DNA of 64,000 bases from Sphingomonas sp. Lineage in GTDB: Bacteria; Pseudomonadota; Alphaproteobacteria; Sphingomonadales; Sphingomonadaceae. The translations under genes and the position numbers were made by a program. The notes beneath the pieces were generated by a model. The model saw nothing but the letters and a program-made list of their open reading frames with translations, was not told the DNA's origin and searched no databases. Every line of letters begins with the position of its first letter. Positions within the stretch are counted from its first letter, which is position 1. Location: contig NZ_JACCSU010000068.1 in the NCBI RefSeq assembly GCF_013812825.1, positions 77,845 through 141,844 of the forward strand, read 5' to 3'. Positions 52,324 to 61,156 of this stretch are shown one piece after another.

Positions 52324-53800
52324 GCGCTTCCGCGACGTGGATCCGGCCGACCTGCTCGGCCCCGGCGAGGTCGGCGATGGTGCGCGCGACCCTGAGCACC
52401 CGGTGGAAACCACGCGCCGACAAGCGCATCGCCGCGGCCGCGTCGGCCAGCAGCTTGCGCCCCGGGTCGTCGGGAGTCGCGACCCGGCCGAGCAGCTCGC
52501 CATCGGCCTCGGCATTGGTTCGCACCCCGTGGCCGTTGTAGCGCCGCGACTGGACCGAGCGAGCGTCGGCGACCCGCAGCGCGACCTGGGCGCTGCCCTC
52601 GGCCGGCGGCGGCAAGGTGAGGTCGGCGGCGGACACTCCTTGCACCTCGACATGCAGGTCGATCCGGTCGAGCAGCGGCCCGGACACTTTCGCCTGGTAA
52701 TCGGCGGCGCAGCGCGGGGCCCGGCTGCAGGCCAGCGCCGGGTCACCGAGATGGCCGCAGCGGCACGGGTTCATCGCCGCGATCAGCTGCACCCGCGCGG
52801 GAAAGGTCACATGCGTGTTGGCGCGCGCGACGCTGACGCTTCCGGTCTCGAGCGGCTGGCGAAGCGAATCGAGGACGGCGCGCTGGAACTCGGGCAGTTC
52901 GTCGAGAAACAGCACGCCCAGATGCGCGAGGCTGATCTCGCCGGGGCGCACGCGCAGCCCGCCGCCGACCAGCGCCGGCATCGACGCGCTGTGATGGGGC
53001 GATCGGAACGGGCGCCGGCGGCGGATTCGGCCGCCGTTCAACTCGCCGGCGACCGACGCGACCATCGACACTTCGAGGGCTTCCGACGGCTCGAGCGGCG
53101 GCAGGATCCGCGGCAGGCAGGCCGCGAGCAGCGACTTGCCGGCTCCCGGCGGGCCGCTCATCAGCAGATTGTGCCCGCCGGCGGCGGCGATCTCGAGCGC
53201 CCGCTTGGCAACCTCCTGCCCCTTGACCTGACTGAGGTCGGGGCCGTGGCCGAGCGGCTCGACTTCCGCTTGCGCCGGCGGCGCCAGCAGCGCGGTCCCC
53301 TTGAGGTGGGCGAGAAGCGCCAGCAGGTCGGGCGCCGCGACGACGTCGAGCTCGCCGGCCCATGCGGCCTCGCTGCCCTGCGCGGCGGGGCAGATCAGCC
53401 CCTTGTCGTTGGCGGATGCGTGCAGCGCCGCGAGCAGCACTCCGGGCGACACGGCGATCCGCCCATCGAGGCTCAACTCGCCGACCGCCACATAATGCGA
53501 CAGGCTTTCGGCGTCCGCGGCGCCGATCGCGGCGAGCAGGCACAGTGCGATCGGCAGGTCGAAATGCGAGCCTTCCTTGGGGAGGTCGGCCGGCGACAGG
53601 TTGATGGTGATTCGCCGCGGCGGAAGCGCCAGCCCGATCGCGGCCAGCGCCGCGCGCACGCGCTCGCGGCTCTCGGCGACGGCCTTGTCGGGCAGGCCGA
53701 CGATGATGAAGGCCGGCAGCCCCGAGGAGAGCTGGACCTGCACTTCGACGGCTCGAGCTTCGAGGCCGAGGTAAGCGACGGTGGCGACGGTCGCACCCAT
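52292..53800 (-). CDS. comM: YifB/ComM family Mg-chelatase-like AAA+ ATPase
   Basis: NLSPADLPKEGSHFDL, GPPGAGKS, LFLDELPEF and SGPLLDRID motifs. Confidence 0.95.
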   Translation of the reverse strand: MGATVATVAYLGLEARAVEVQVQLSSGLPAFIIVGLPDKAVAESRERVRAALAAIGLALPPRRITINLSPADLPKEGSHFDLPIALCLLAAIGAADAESLSHYVAVGELSLDGRIAVSPGVLLAALHASANDKGLICPAAQGSEAAWAGELDVVAAPDLLALLAHLKGTALLAPPAQAEVEPLGHGPDLSQVKGQEVAKRALEIAAAGGHNLLMSGPPGAGKSLLAACLPRILPPLEPSEALEVSMVASVAGELNGGRIRRRRPFRSPHHSASMPALVGGGLRVRPGEISLAHLGVLFLDELPEFQRAVLDSLRQPLETGSVSVARANTHVTFPARVQLIAAMNPCRCGHLGDPALACSRAPRCAADYQAKVSGPLLDRIDLHVEVQGVSAADLTLPPPAEGSAQVALRVADARSVQSRRYNGHGVRTNAEADGELLGRVATPDDPGRKLLADAAAAMRLSARGFHRVLRVARTIADLAGAEQVGRIHVAEALSYRRQAPRN

Positions 53801-53939
53801 TCAGCGTGCCGCCACGGCAACTGAACGGAAATCAATGTCCAGGGATACTCCTAGCTCGGCGGGGGCACGCTAGACGCTGCGAGGCACAATCGGCAAGCTT
53901 CCCTTGCGCCGACCAGCCGACGCAACCACATGTTGGCCG

Positions 53940-54353
53940 ATGATGACTCGAGAGCAGTGGCAGGAGTTCGTCCGTAGCAAGCCGGTCCGAACCGCGCTGT
54001 TCATGACCGGGCTGCTGCTGATCCTGCTGTCGCCCCTGGCTGGCGCGATCCCCGGCCCTGGCGGGATCTTCGTGTTTGCCGCCGGTCTGACCCTGACGCT
54101 GAGGAACAGCGATTGGGCCAAGCGCCAATATGTCCGATTCAAGGTGTGGCAGCCGAAGGCCGGCCGATGGGCCGACTGGGGTCTCAGGCGTCGTAGCGCG
54201 CGGCGCCGCGAAGAGCGCCGCAAGCTGCGTCATGCGATGGGCCATCCGCCGCCGGCCGACGAGCTCGCCCAGGGCGCGATCGCGGCGATAATGCCGGACC
54301 CGCCGGCCAAGGCGCCCGAGAAATGGAGCGATCGCGAAGGGCGCTCCGATTGA
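53940..54353 (+). CDS. PGPGW-like membrane protein
   Basis: TM segment followed by IPGPGGIFVFAAGL. Confidence 0.7.
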   Translation: MMTREQWQEFVRSKPVRTALFMTGLLLILLSPLAGAIPGPGGIFVFAAGLTLTLRNSDWAKRQYVRFKVWQPKAGRWADWGLRRRSARRREERRKLRHAMGHPPPADELAQGAIAAIMPDPPAKAPEKWSDREGRSD

Positions 54354-54415
54354 CTTCCAGCGGCCCCTTCCGATTGACTTTGCGGAGGGGCTCCACTATC
54401 GGCGCACCCGACTGC

Positions 54416-54444
54416 GGCTGCCCCAACGGCGGCCCTTTTTCTTT
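54416..54444 (+). terminator. Rho-independent terminator-like hairpin upstream of rpmH
   Basis: GGCTGCC-CCAAC-GGCGGCC stem (7 bp, one G-U pair) followed by CTTTTTCTTT. Confidence 0.5.
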
Positions 54445-54474
54445 GATTTCGCGTTCACTTTGAATTTCTAGGGC

Positions 54475-54939
54475 ATGAGCGATGAAGCGCACCTTCCAGC
54501 CGAGCAATCTGGTCCGCAAGCGACGGCACGGGTTCCGCCACCGCATGGCGACGGCCGCCGGGCGCAAGCTGCTGAACGCACGCCGGGCGCGCGGCCGCAA
54601 GAAGCTCAGCGCCTAGCCACGATCCGCAAGCGCGCGGATTTCCTCGCCGCCAACGCCGGCAAGCGCGCGTCGAGCCCGGGCTTCGTGCTGCTGGTCCGCG
54701 ACCGCTCCGACGGCGATCCAACCAAGCGCGTCGGTTTCACCGTCACCAGGAAGATCGGTGGAGCGGTCGTCCGCAACCGCATGAAGCGGCGCCTTCGAGC
54801 GCTCGCCCGCGAGATCTTGCCGACGATCGGCATTCCGGGCGCCGACCATGTGCTGATCGGCCGCTCCGGCGGGATCGAGCGCGATTTCGCTCAGCTTCGC
54901 CACGAGCTGGAAGCTGCCCTGGAGCGGCTCCGCAAATGA
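54475..54939 (+). CDS. rnpA: Ribonuclease P protein component (start uncertain; the only canonical start overlaps rpmH)
   Basis: [30 protein letters not shown] (RNR motif) and DHVLIGR. Confidence 0.9.
   Translation: MSDEAHLPAEQSGPQATARVPPPHGDGRRAQAAERTPGARPQEAQRLATIRKRADFLAANAGKRASSPGFVLLVRDRSDGDPTKRVGFTVTRKIGGAVVRNRMKRRLRALAREILPTIGIPGADHVLIGRSGGIERDFAQLRHELEAALERLRK
54482..54616 (+). CDS. rpmH: 50S ribosomal protein L34
   Basis: Not in the ORF track. [44 protein letters not shown], 44 aa. Confidence 0.98.
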   Translation: MKRTFQPSNLVRKRRHGFRHRMATAAGRKLLNARRARGRKKLSA

Positions 54940-55148
54940 TCGCCCGGCTGCTCATCCTGGTCGCCCGCGGCTGGCAGGAGGGACCCTCGAAGGTGCTTCC
55001 GCCAAGCTGCCGCTACCGGCCGACCTGCTCGGCCTATGCGATCACCGCATTGTCGCGCTATGGGGCCGCTCGCGGCAGCTGGCTGGCGCTGAAGCGCATC
55101 TGCCGTTGCCATCCGTGGGGCGGCCAAGGCTACGACCCGGTACCATGA
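54936..55148 (+). CDS. yidD: Membrane protein insertion efficiency factor YidD
   Basis: SCRYRPTCSAY...RICRCHPWGGQGYDPVP motif. Confidence 0.96.
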   Translation: MIARLLILVARGWQEGPSKVLPPSCRYRPTCSAYAITALSRYGAARGSWLALKRICRCHPWGGQGYDPVP

Positions 55149-55170
55149 CGAGGCCGACGAGGATTCCGAC

Positions 55171-56889
55171 TTGAGCGACGACAACAAGAACATGATCCTC
55201 GCCATCGTCCTCAGCGCTCTGGTGCTGATCGGCTGGAGCATGATCTCGGACCGATTGCTGCCCACCGCCGGGCCGCAGACGCAGCGCGTCGAGGACGGCA
55301 AGGTGAAGCCGATCCCGCAACCCCAGGCCGACCCTGCCGCCGATCGGCCGCAGGCGCTGCGCAACCGGGCGATCGTACTCGCCTCGACGCCGCGCGTGCG
55401 GATCGAGACTCCCGCGCTGCAGGGGTCGATCAACCTGAAAGGCGCCCGGATCGACGATCTGGTGCTGCTCCGCGAGCGCCAGGGGATCGGCAAGGATTCG
55501 CCGCCGGTGCGGCTGCTGTCCCCGGCCGGAGCTCCGGCCGGCTATTTCGCGAGCTTCGGCTGGACCGGCGAGGGAGCCGAGGCGCCCGGACCCGACGCGG
55601 TGTGGACCCCGAGCTCGCCTGTGCTGGCACCGGGGCGCCCGGTGACCCTGACCTGGACCAGCCCCAGCGGGCTCAAGTTCGAGCAGACCATTGCGGTCGA
55701 CAATGATTATCTATTCACGGTCCGGCAGCGGGTCGCCAACGCCACCGCCAACGCGGTCGCGGTGCGCCCTTACGGGCTCATCAGCCGGGCCAATGAATCT
55801 CCTGACCCGGACGGCTGGACGATGCACGTCGGCCCAATCGGCTATCTGGACGGTGCGGCGAATTACGACGTCGACTGGGACACGCTCGACGACGCCGGCC
55901 CGAACGGCGAGCGCTTCGACAGCCGCGGCGGCTGGCTCGGCTTCACCGACAAATATTGGCTGGCCGCGCTTGCACCGGCGCAGGACGCGGCGATCAGCGC
56001 CAGCTTCCGCAAGGCTCCCAGCGGCCCCTACCAGGCCGATTTCGCCCGCCAGCCGATCGTCATTCCTTCTGGCCAGGCGGTTGCCATCGAGAGCCACTTG
56101 TTCGCCGGCGCCAAGGAAAAGACGCTGCTAGACCGCTACGAGGCAATGGGCATCCCCAAGCTTTCCAAGTCGATCGACTGGGGCTGGTTCGAGTGGTTCA
56201 TGCGGCCGATCTTCGACCTGCTCAACTGGCTGTTCAAGCAGATCGGCAATTTCGGCGTTGCGATCATCTGCCTGACGTTCATCGTCCGGCTGCTGATGTA
56301 CCCGATCGCCCAGAAGCAGTTCCAGTCGATGGCGGCGATGCGCAAGGTGCAGCCGAAGATGAAGGCGCTGCAGGAGCGCTACAAGGACGACAAGCCGCGC
56401 CAGCAGCAGGAGATCCTGAAGCTCTACCAGACCGAAAAGATCAACCCGGCTGCGGGCTGCCTGCCGATCCTGCTCCAGATTCCCATCTTCTATGCGCTCT
56501 ACAAGGTACTGATGGTGGCGGTCGAAATGCGCCACCAGCCGTTCGTCCTGTGGATCAAGGACCTCTCGGCGCCCGATCCGATGACCCCGGTCAATCTCTT
56601 CGGGCTGCTCGATTTCACGCCGCCCTATTTCCTCGCCATCGGAGTGCTTCCGATCCTGCTTGGGGTGACGATGTGGATGCAGTTCAAATTGAACCCGGCG
56701 CAACTGGACCCGACGCAGCAGCAGATCTTCGCGATCCTGCCGTGGGTGATGGTGGTCGTGATGGCGCCGTTCGCCGCCGGACTGCAGCTTTACTGGGTGG
56801 TGTCGAACATCCTGACGATCGCCCAGCAGTGGTGGCTGTACCGGCGCTACGGAGTCGATTTTACCCAACCCGCTCCGGCACCCAGTTGA
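55171..56889 (+). CDS. yidC: Membrane protein insertase YidC
   Basis: IDWGWFEWF, GNFGVAII and GCLPILLQIPIFYALY motifs; TTG start. Confidence 0.98.
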   Translation: MSDDNKNMILAIVLSALVLIGWSMISDRLLPTAGPQTQRVEDGKVKPIPQPQADPAADRPQALRNRAIVLASTPRVRIETPALQGSINLKGARIDDLVLLRERQGIGKDSPPVRLLSPAGAPAGYFASFGWTGEGAEAPGPDAVWTPSSPVLAPGRPVTLTWTSPSGLKFEQTIAVDNDYLFTVRQRVANATANAVAVRPYGLISRANESPDPDGWTMHVGPIGYLDGAANYDVDWDTLDDAGPNGERFDSRGGWLGFTDKYWLAALAPAQDAAISASFRKAPSGPYQADFARQPIVIPSGQAVAIESHLFAGAKEKTLLDRYEAMGIPKLSKSIDWGWFEWFMRPIFDLLNWLFKQIGNFGVAIICLTFIVRLLMYPIAQKQFQSMAAMRKVQPKMKALQERYKDDKPRQQQEILKLYQTEKINPAAGCLPILLQIPIFYALYKVLMVAVEMRHQPFVLWIKDLSAPDPMTPVNLFGLLDFTPPYFLAIGVLPILLGVTMWMQFKLNPAQLDPTQQQIFAILPWVMVVVMAPFAAGLQLYWVVSNILTIAQQWWLYRRYGVDFTQPAPAPS

Positions 56890-57524
56890 TGGAGGGGGAC
56901 GAGGAGCTGGCGGAGCGCGCCCGCAAGCTGTTCGCCGGGCCGATCAATTTCCTGAAGTCGGCTCCGGCGCTGCAGTTCCTGCCCGACCCGGCGGTTCCGG
57001 AAATCGCGTTCGCCGGCCGCTCGAACGTCGGCAAGAGCTCGCTGCTCAACGCGCTGACCAACCGCAACGGGCTGGCGCGGACCTCCAACACTCCGGGGCG
57101 CACGCAGGAGCTCAATTTCTTCGATGTCGGCAAGCCGCTCCGGCTGCGGCTGGTCGACATGCCGGGTTACGGCTTCGCCGAGGCCCCCAGGGATATGGTC
57201 AAGCGCTGGCGCTTCCTGATCAACGATTATCTGCGCGGCCGAGCGGTGCTCAAGCGCGCACTGGTGCTGATTGACTCACGCCACGGACTCAAGCCCGTCG
57301 ACCACGAGGTGATGACGATGCTCGACGACGCCGCGGTCAGCTATCACCTCGTCCTGACCAAGGCCGACAAGGTCAAGCGGACCGACCTTCAGGCCGTGGA
57401 GCGGGATACAGCCGACCAGGCGGCGAAGCATCCGGCCGCGCACCCGACCGTCTTCACCACGTCGAGCGAAACCGGTAGCGGGATCGCCGAGTTGCGTACC
57501 GCGATCCTCGAAGCGAGCGAATAG
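56889..57524 (+). CDS. engB: Ribosome biogenesis GTPase EngB/YihA
   Basis: GRSNVGKSSL, DMPGYG and TKADK motifs; TGATG overlap with yidC. Confidence 0.96.
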   Translation: MEGDEELAERARKLFAGPINFLKSAPALQFLPDPAVPEIAFAGRSNVGKSSLLNALTNRNGLARTSNTPGRTQELNFFDVGKPLRLRLVDMPGYGFAEAPRDMVKRWRFLINDYLRGRAVLKRALVLIDSRHGLKPVDHEVMTMLDDAAVSYHLVLTKADKVKRTDLQAVERDTADQAAKHPAAHPTVFTTSSETGSGIAELRTAILEASE

Positions 57525-57535
57525 GACCTTTTCGA

Positions 57536-58201
57536 ATGCTCAAGTTGATCATCGGCAACCGGGCCTATTCGAGCTGGTCGATGCGCGGCTGGCTGGCCCT
57601 CAAGCAATCCGGCGAGCCGTTCGAGGAGCTCGTCGTTCCGATGTTCGACGCCGAGTGGGACAAGCGCCGCGAGGGCGACGAGTTCGCTCCGTCGCTCGGC
57701 AAGGTGCCGATCATGTGGGACGGCGAGTGCGTCGTCTGGGACAGTTTGGCGATCATCGAGTTCCTCGCCGACCGGGTCGGGCGCGAGCGTTACTGGCCCG
57801 AGGACTCGGCGGCGCGCGGAATGGCCCGGTCGATGGCCGCGGAAATGCATTCCAGCTTCGCCAATCTGCGGCGCGAGCTGCCGATGAACGTCCGCAAGAG
57901 CTACTCGCCCAAGGCCCTGTCGGATGGGGTCAAGGACGACATCAACCGCATCCTCCAATTGTGGGCGCAGGCGCGCGCGCGCTTCGGCGGCACCGGCGAT
58001 TTCCTGTTCAGCGACTGGTGTGCGGCGGACATCATGTACGCTCCGGTGGTCACGCGGTTCATCACCTACGGAGTGCCCGTGCCGCCGTTCGCCGAGCTCT
58101 ACATGAAGGCGGTCCTGTCGCACCCGGCGGTCAGCGAGTGGATTGACCAGGCTCAAGACGAGCCGTGGGTGATCGAACAATATGAGGACGCCGCCGCCTA
58201 G
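57536..58201 (+). CDS. Glutathione S-transferase family protein
   Basis: YSSWSMRGWL, LGKVP, WDSLAIIE and ADIMYAPV motifs. Confidence 0.92.
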   Translation: MLKLIIGNRAYSSWSMRGWLALKQSGEPFEELVVPMFDAEWDKRREGDEFAPSLGKVPIMWDGECVVWDSLAIIEFLADRVGRERYWPEDSAARGMARSMAAEMHSSFANLRRELPMNVRKSYSPKALSDGVKDDINRILQLWAQARARFGGTGDFLFSDWCAADIMYAPVVTRFITYGVPVPPFAELYMKAVLSHPAVSEWIDQAQDEPWVIEQYEDAAA

Positions 58202-58210
58202 CAAGCGCGG

Positions 58211-58663
58211 CTAGTAGGGTGTGCCGTCCTTGTGAGTGTAGCGGCCGTTCGAATTGTCCCAGTGCAGGTCGACGTCGGGATAGTGGCAATCGCCTTCCGA
58301 AACACGGCCGTCGACCGCGATGAAGGTGCAGTTGCGCGCGCTTCGGTTGACGAGATGATGGCCGTTCGCAACGTCCTTGGGGAACAGCGCGCAGTCGCCC
58401 GCCCGCATCACCGTCTCGCCGTCATCTTCGACCAGCACGGCCTCGCCGTCGACGACGACGACGAACTCATCGATCCCTTCATGCCAGTGGCGCTGGCTCG
58501 AGATTCCGCCGGGCTCCAGCACGACGTGGCTGACGCCGATGTCCTTCAGGCCGCCGGCCGCTCCCAGCCGGCGAAAATGGCGCCGTCCCATCTCGGCCGC
58601 GAAGGGCATCGGGTAGGTGGTTCGATTGGTCGGCTCGACCTGGTCGAGATCGATCTTGGGCAT
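58211..58663 (-). CDS. Cupin domain protein
   Basis: SSQRHWHEGIDEFVVVVDGE...GDCALFP...GHHLVN motif. Confidence 0.9.
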   Translation of the reverse strand: MPKIDLDQVEPTNRTTYPMPFAAEMGRRHFRRLGAAGGLKDIGVSHVVLEPGGISSQRHWHEGIDEFVVVVDGEAVLVEDDGETVMRAGDCALFPKDVANGHHLVNRSARNCTFIAVDGRVSEGDCHYPDVDLHWDNSNGRYTHKDGTPY

Positions 58664-58716
58664 GGGATTTTTCCGCTCCTGTCGTCGCGGCCCTGCCCTA
58701 GCAGCGGATCGCTGCG

Positions 58717-60816
58717 CTAGAAATTGCCCCGCACCGAGAGCTGGAAGATCGGCCCGATCAGCTGGTTGTTGCGCTGGATGAACAGGACCGGATTTTCGTC
58801 GCGGCGGCCATCGAAGACGGTGCGATCGAACCGGTGCCGGGCGTTCAGCAGGTTGATGACGGTCGCTCGGACGGTCATCCCCCTGACGGCCTTGTGCTCG
58901 ACATAGGCACTGAGCCACCACGGGCCTTCCCAGCTGCGGAACACTTCGGTCAGAAAATAATGCTTGGCGAAGTGGTCGTGATTGGCATCCGCGCCCCACG
59001 CGATCTGGCTGCCGGGGATATCGTGGCGCAGGCTGAATTCGGCCCAGCGGTCGCGGGTCCCGCTGATCGCCCTTCTCTCACCGGTCAGCGGATCCCGGAC
59101 GCTGGTCTTTTGAAAGCCGAGCGTGGTGTCGAGCTTGGCGCCTTTCCAGCCGATCGGGTCGAACAGGAGGGTGCTCGTGCTCTCCATTCCAAATCGGGTC
59201 GCTCGCGCCAGATTGCCGATCCCCTGTCCATCCTCGCCGATCGGGATCACGTCGATGATGTCCTCGACCCGGTGGTAATAGGTCTTGAGCCTCGTCTTGC
59301 CCCAGCGGCCGAGCTCGCGGCCGATCTCGACCTCGCCTTCCCAGCTTTGCGGCGGCACGAGGTCCGGATTTCCGGCCTGTTCCCGGTCCTGGCTAAGCCT
59401 CGGCTGGGCGAGGAAATCGTAGAAGCTGATTTGGCCGACGCGGCGGCGCAGCTTGAAGCTCGTGTCCCAGCCCTCCGACGGGCGCCAGCCGAGCGTCAGG
59501 CTGCCTTTGGGACGGAAGAATTTGCGCGGCGGCAGGTCCCCGTCCACGCGGGCCAGCTTGGAGATTTCGCCACCGGCGGCCACCTGGAGGTCGAGCTTGG
59601 AGCTCAGCGGGCGGCTCCACGTTCCGATCGCTTCGTAGCGCGTCTCGGTGACCTTGCCGGTTCCTTCGGGGAAGTCGACCTCGACGAATTCGCCATCCGC
59701 CGAAAGCACCGACAGCGCCCCGCGCTGGTCGAGCGAATTGAACGCCCGCTCGAGCGATAGCTGCCAATCGTTTTTCCCGGTCTTCAAGCCATATTCCGCC
59801 CGGCCGATGGTCTCGCCGATGCGCGAATCGCGGCTGAACCGGATGCCCTGGTCCGGCGCTCCGCTGTCGAAGCTGGTCACTTGGGTGGTGACGAGGGGCT
59901 CATGGTCGAAACGCCGCACTCCGATCAGCTTGAGTCGACCGGGGCCCAGGGCGAACGCGTAGTCGCCACTGATATCGATTGTGTATCCCTTGAGGGAATC
60001 GCGCGTCGTTCGACGGCGATCGTCCCCATTCACCAGGTCGCGCCGGTCGCGGATGTGGACGGGCCCCCAATAAGGCCCATAGACCAGCGTGAGATTGCCA
60101 AGCGATGAGCCCGGGCCATCGAGCGCGAACTTGCCGGTCAGCTTGGGGTGCTCGAATTGCGCGCTGAAAATTTCGTCGCGAGTCTCGATGATATTGCCGC
60201 CGGCGTCGAAAATCTCGATCAGCCCGCCGAAGCCGCCGCGCCCCGGCTGGTTCTGGAGCGACAAGGTGTAGTCGACCGGCCCCGTCTTGCCCGCATAGCT
60301 GAGCAGGCCGCGATAGAGGTTGGGCTTGGCGAAGTGGGCGCGGACATCCGGCTTCCATTCGAACTGGCCCGAGGATTTGGCCGCGGCTTTGACGAAGACG
60401 TTGGCAACCTGTCCGGACAGTCCCGCGATGCCGAGACTGGCGGCGTCGACGATTTCGATCCGCTCGACATTCGCCGCGTTGATCTTCTGCAGGTCATCGA
60501 TCGCTCCGCCGGACTTGTTGGCGCTGCGCTGGCTATTGATCAGGACATTTTCCGAGGCTTGGCCGAGCCCGCGCTCCTGGGAGGCGCCGCGGATGGTGAA
60601 GCCGGGGACCTGCAGCAGCATGTCGTATGCGGTCTTCGGCGCGAAGCGGGCAAAGTCGGCAGGAGTGAAAATCCGCTTCGATCCAGCCGGGGTTGGCACC
60701 GGTGGCGGAGCGATCGCCGGATCGGCCGGGGCCGCGGCCGTTTGAGCGGCGGTCTGAACAGGCGCGAGGAGGGCAATACCGGCCAGCAGCGCGCGGCGGT
60801 TACGCAACATGTTCAT
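58717..60816 (-). CDS. TonB-dependent receptor
   Basis: Signal peptide, short plug (DMLLQVPGF...VERIEI), beta-barrel pattern and terminal Phe (SVRGNF); AGGGGG RBS. Confidence 0.88.
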   Translation of the reverse strand: MNMLRNRRALLAGIALLAPVQTAAQTAAAPADPAIAPPPVPTPAGSKRIFTPADFARFAPKTAYDMLLQVPGFTIRGASQERGLGQASENVLINSQRSANKSGGAIDDLQKINAANVERIEIVDAASLGIAGLSGQVANVFVKAAAKSSGQFEWKPDVRAHFAKPNLYRGLLSYAGKTGPVDYTLSLQNQPGRGGFGGLIEIFDAGGNIIETRDEIFSAQFEHPKLTGKFALDGPGSSLGNLTLVYGPYWGPVHIRDRRDLVNGDDRRRTTRDSLKGYTIDISGDYAFALGPGRLKLIGVRRFDHEPLVTTQVTSFDSGAPDQGIRFSRDSRIGETIGRAEYGLKTGKNDWQLSLERAFNSLDQRGALSVLSADGEFVEVDFPEGTGKVTETRYEAIGTWSRPLSSKLDLQVAAGGEISKLARVDGDLPPRKFFRPKGSLTLGWRPSEGWDTSFKLRRRVGQISFYDFLAQPRLSQDREQAGNPDLVPPQSWEGEVEIGRELGRWGKTRLKTYYHRVEDIIDVIPIGEDGQGIGNLARATRFGMESTSTLLFDPIGWKGAKLDTTLGFQKTSVRDPLTGERRAISGTRDRWAEFSLRHDIPGSQIAWGADANHDHFAKHYFLTEVFRSWEGPWWLSAYVEHKAVRGMTVRATVINLLNARHRFDRTVFDGRRDENPVLFIQRNNQLIGPIFQLSVRGNF

Positions 60817-60922
60817 GACATTCCCCCTTTGCGGCGGTGTGACAGCCAAATGGCCGGCGAGTCAGACCCTTTTCGGCTACCGCGGCGGATTTTCGACAAA
60901 CGGCGGGAGGCTGAGCGAGCGC

Positions 60923-61051
60923 TCACCGGTTGCGCCCGGGGCGAAGCTCGATGCCGAAGTTCAACCCGTCGGCGACGCTCGCGAAGCCGGTGGTCGACAG
61001 GCTGATGGTGGTCAGGGCGAGCGCCGCCAGGAACGCAAGAGTGCGGGGCAT
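60923..61051 (-). pseudogene. 42-aa signal-peptide ORF, probably a truncated remnant of a secreted protein
   Basis: Not in the ORF track. Strong GAGGAG RBS; MPRTLAFLAALALTTISLSTTGFASVADGLNFGIELRPGRNR*. Pseudogene status is inferred. Confidence 0.5.
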
Positions 61052-61156
61052 TGCATTTCTCCTCAACACAGCAGGCAAGGCTTGCCCGTTCGCCCAAGGG
61101 GGCGTTTCAAACTCGGCAAAAATTCTGGACTTCAGCTGGTCAGGGCGGTGGCAGGA

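Noticed and set aside
53801-53850. SOS box upstream of comM (often LexA-regulated in alphaproteobacteria)
   Set aside because: Only a single GAAC/GTTC half is present; the best match (GTTC-N7-GTGG) has two mismatches.
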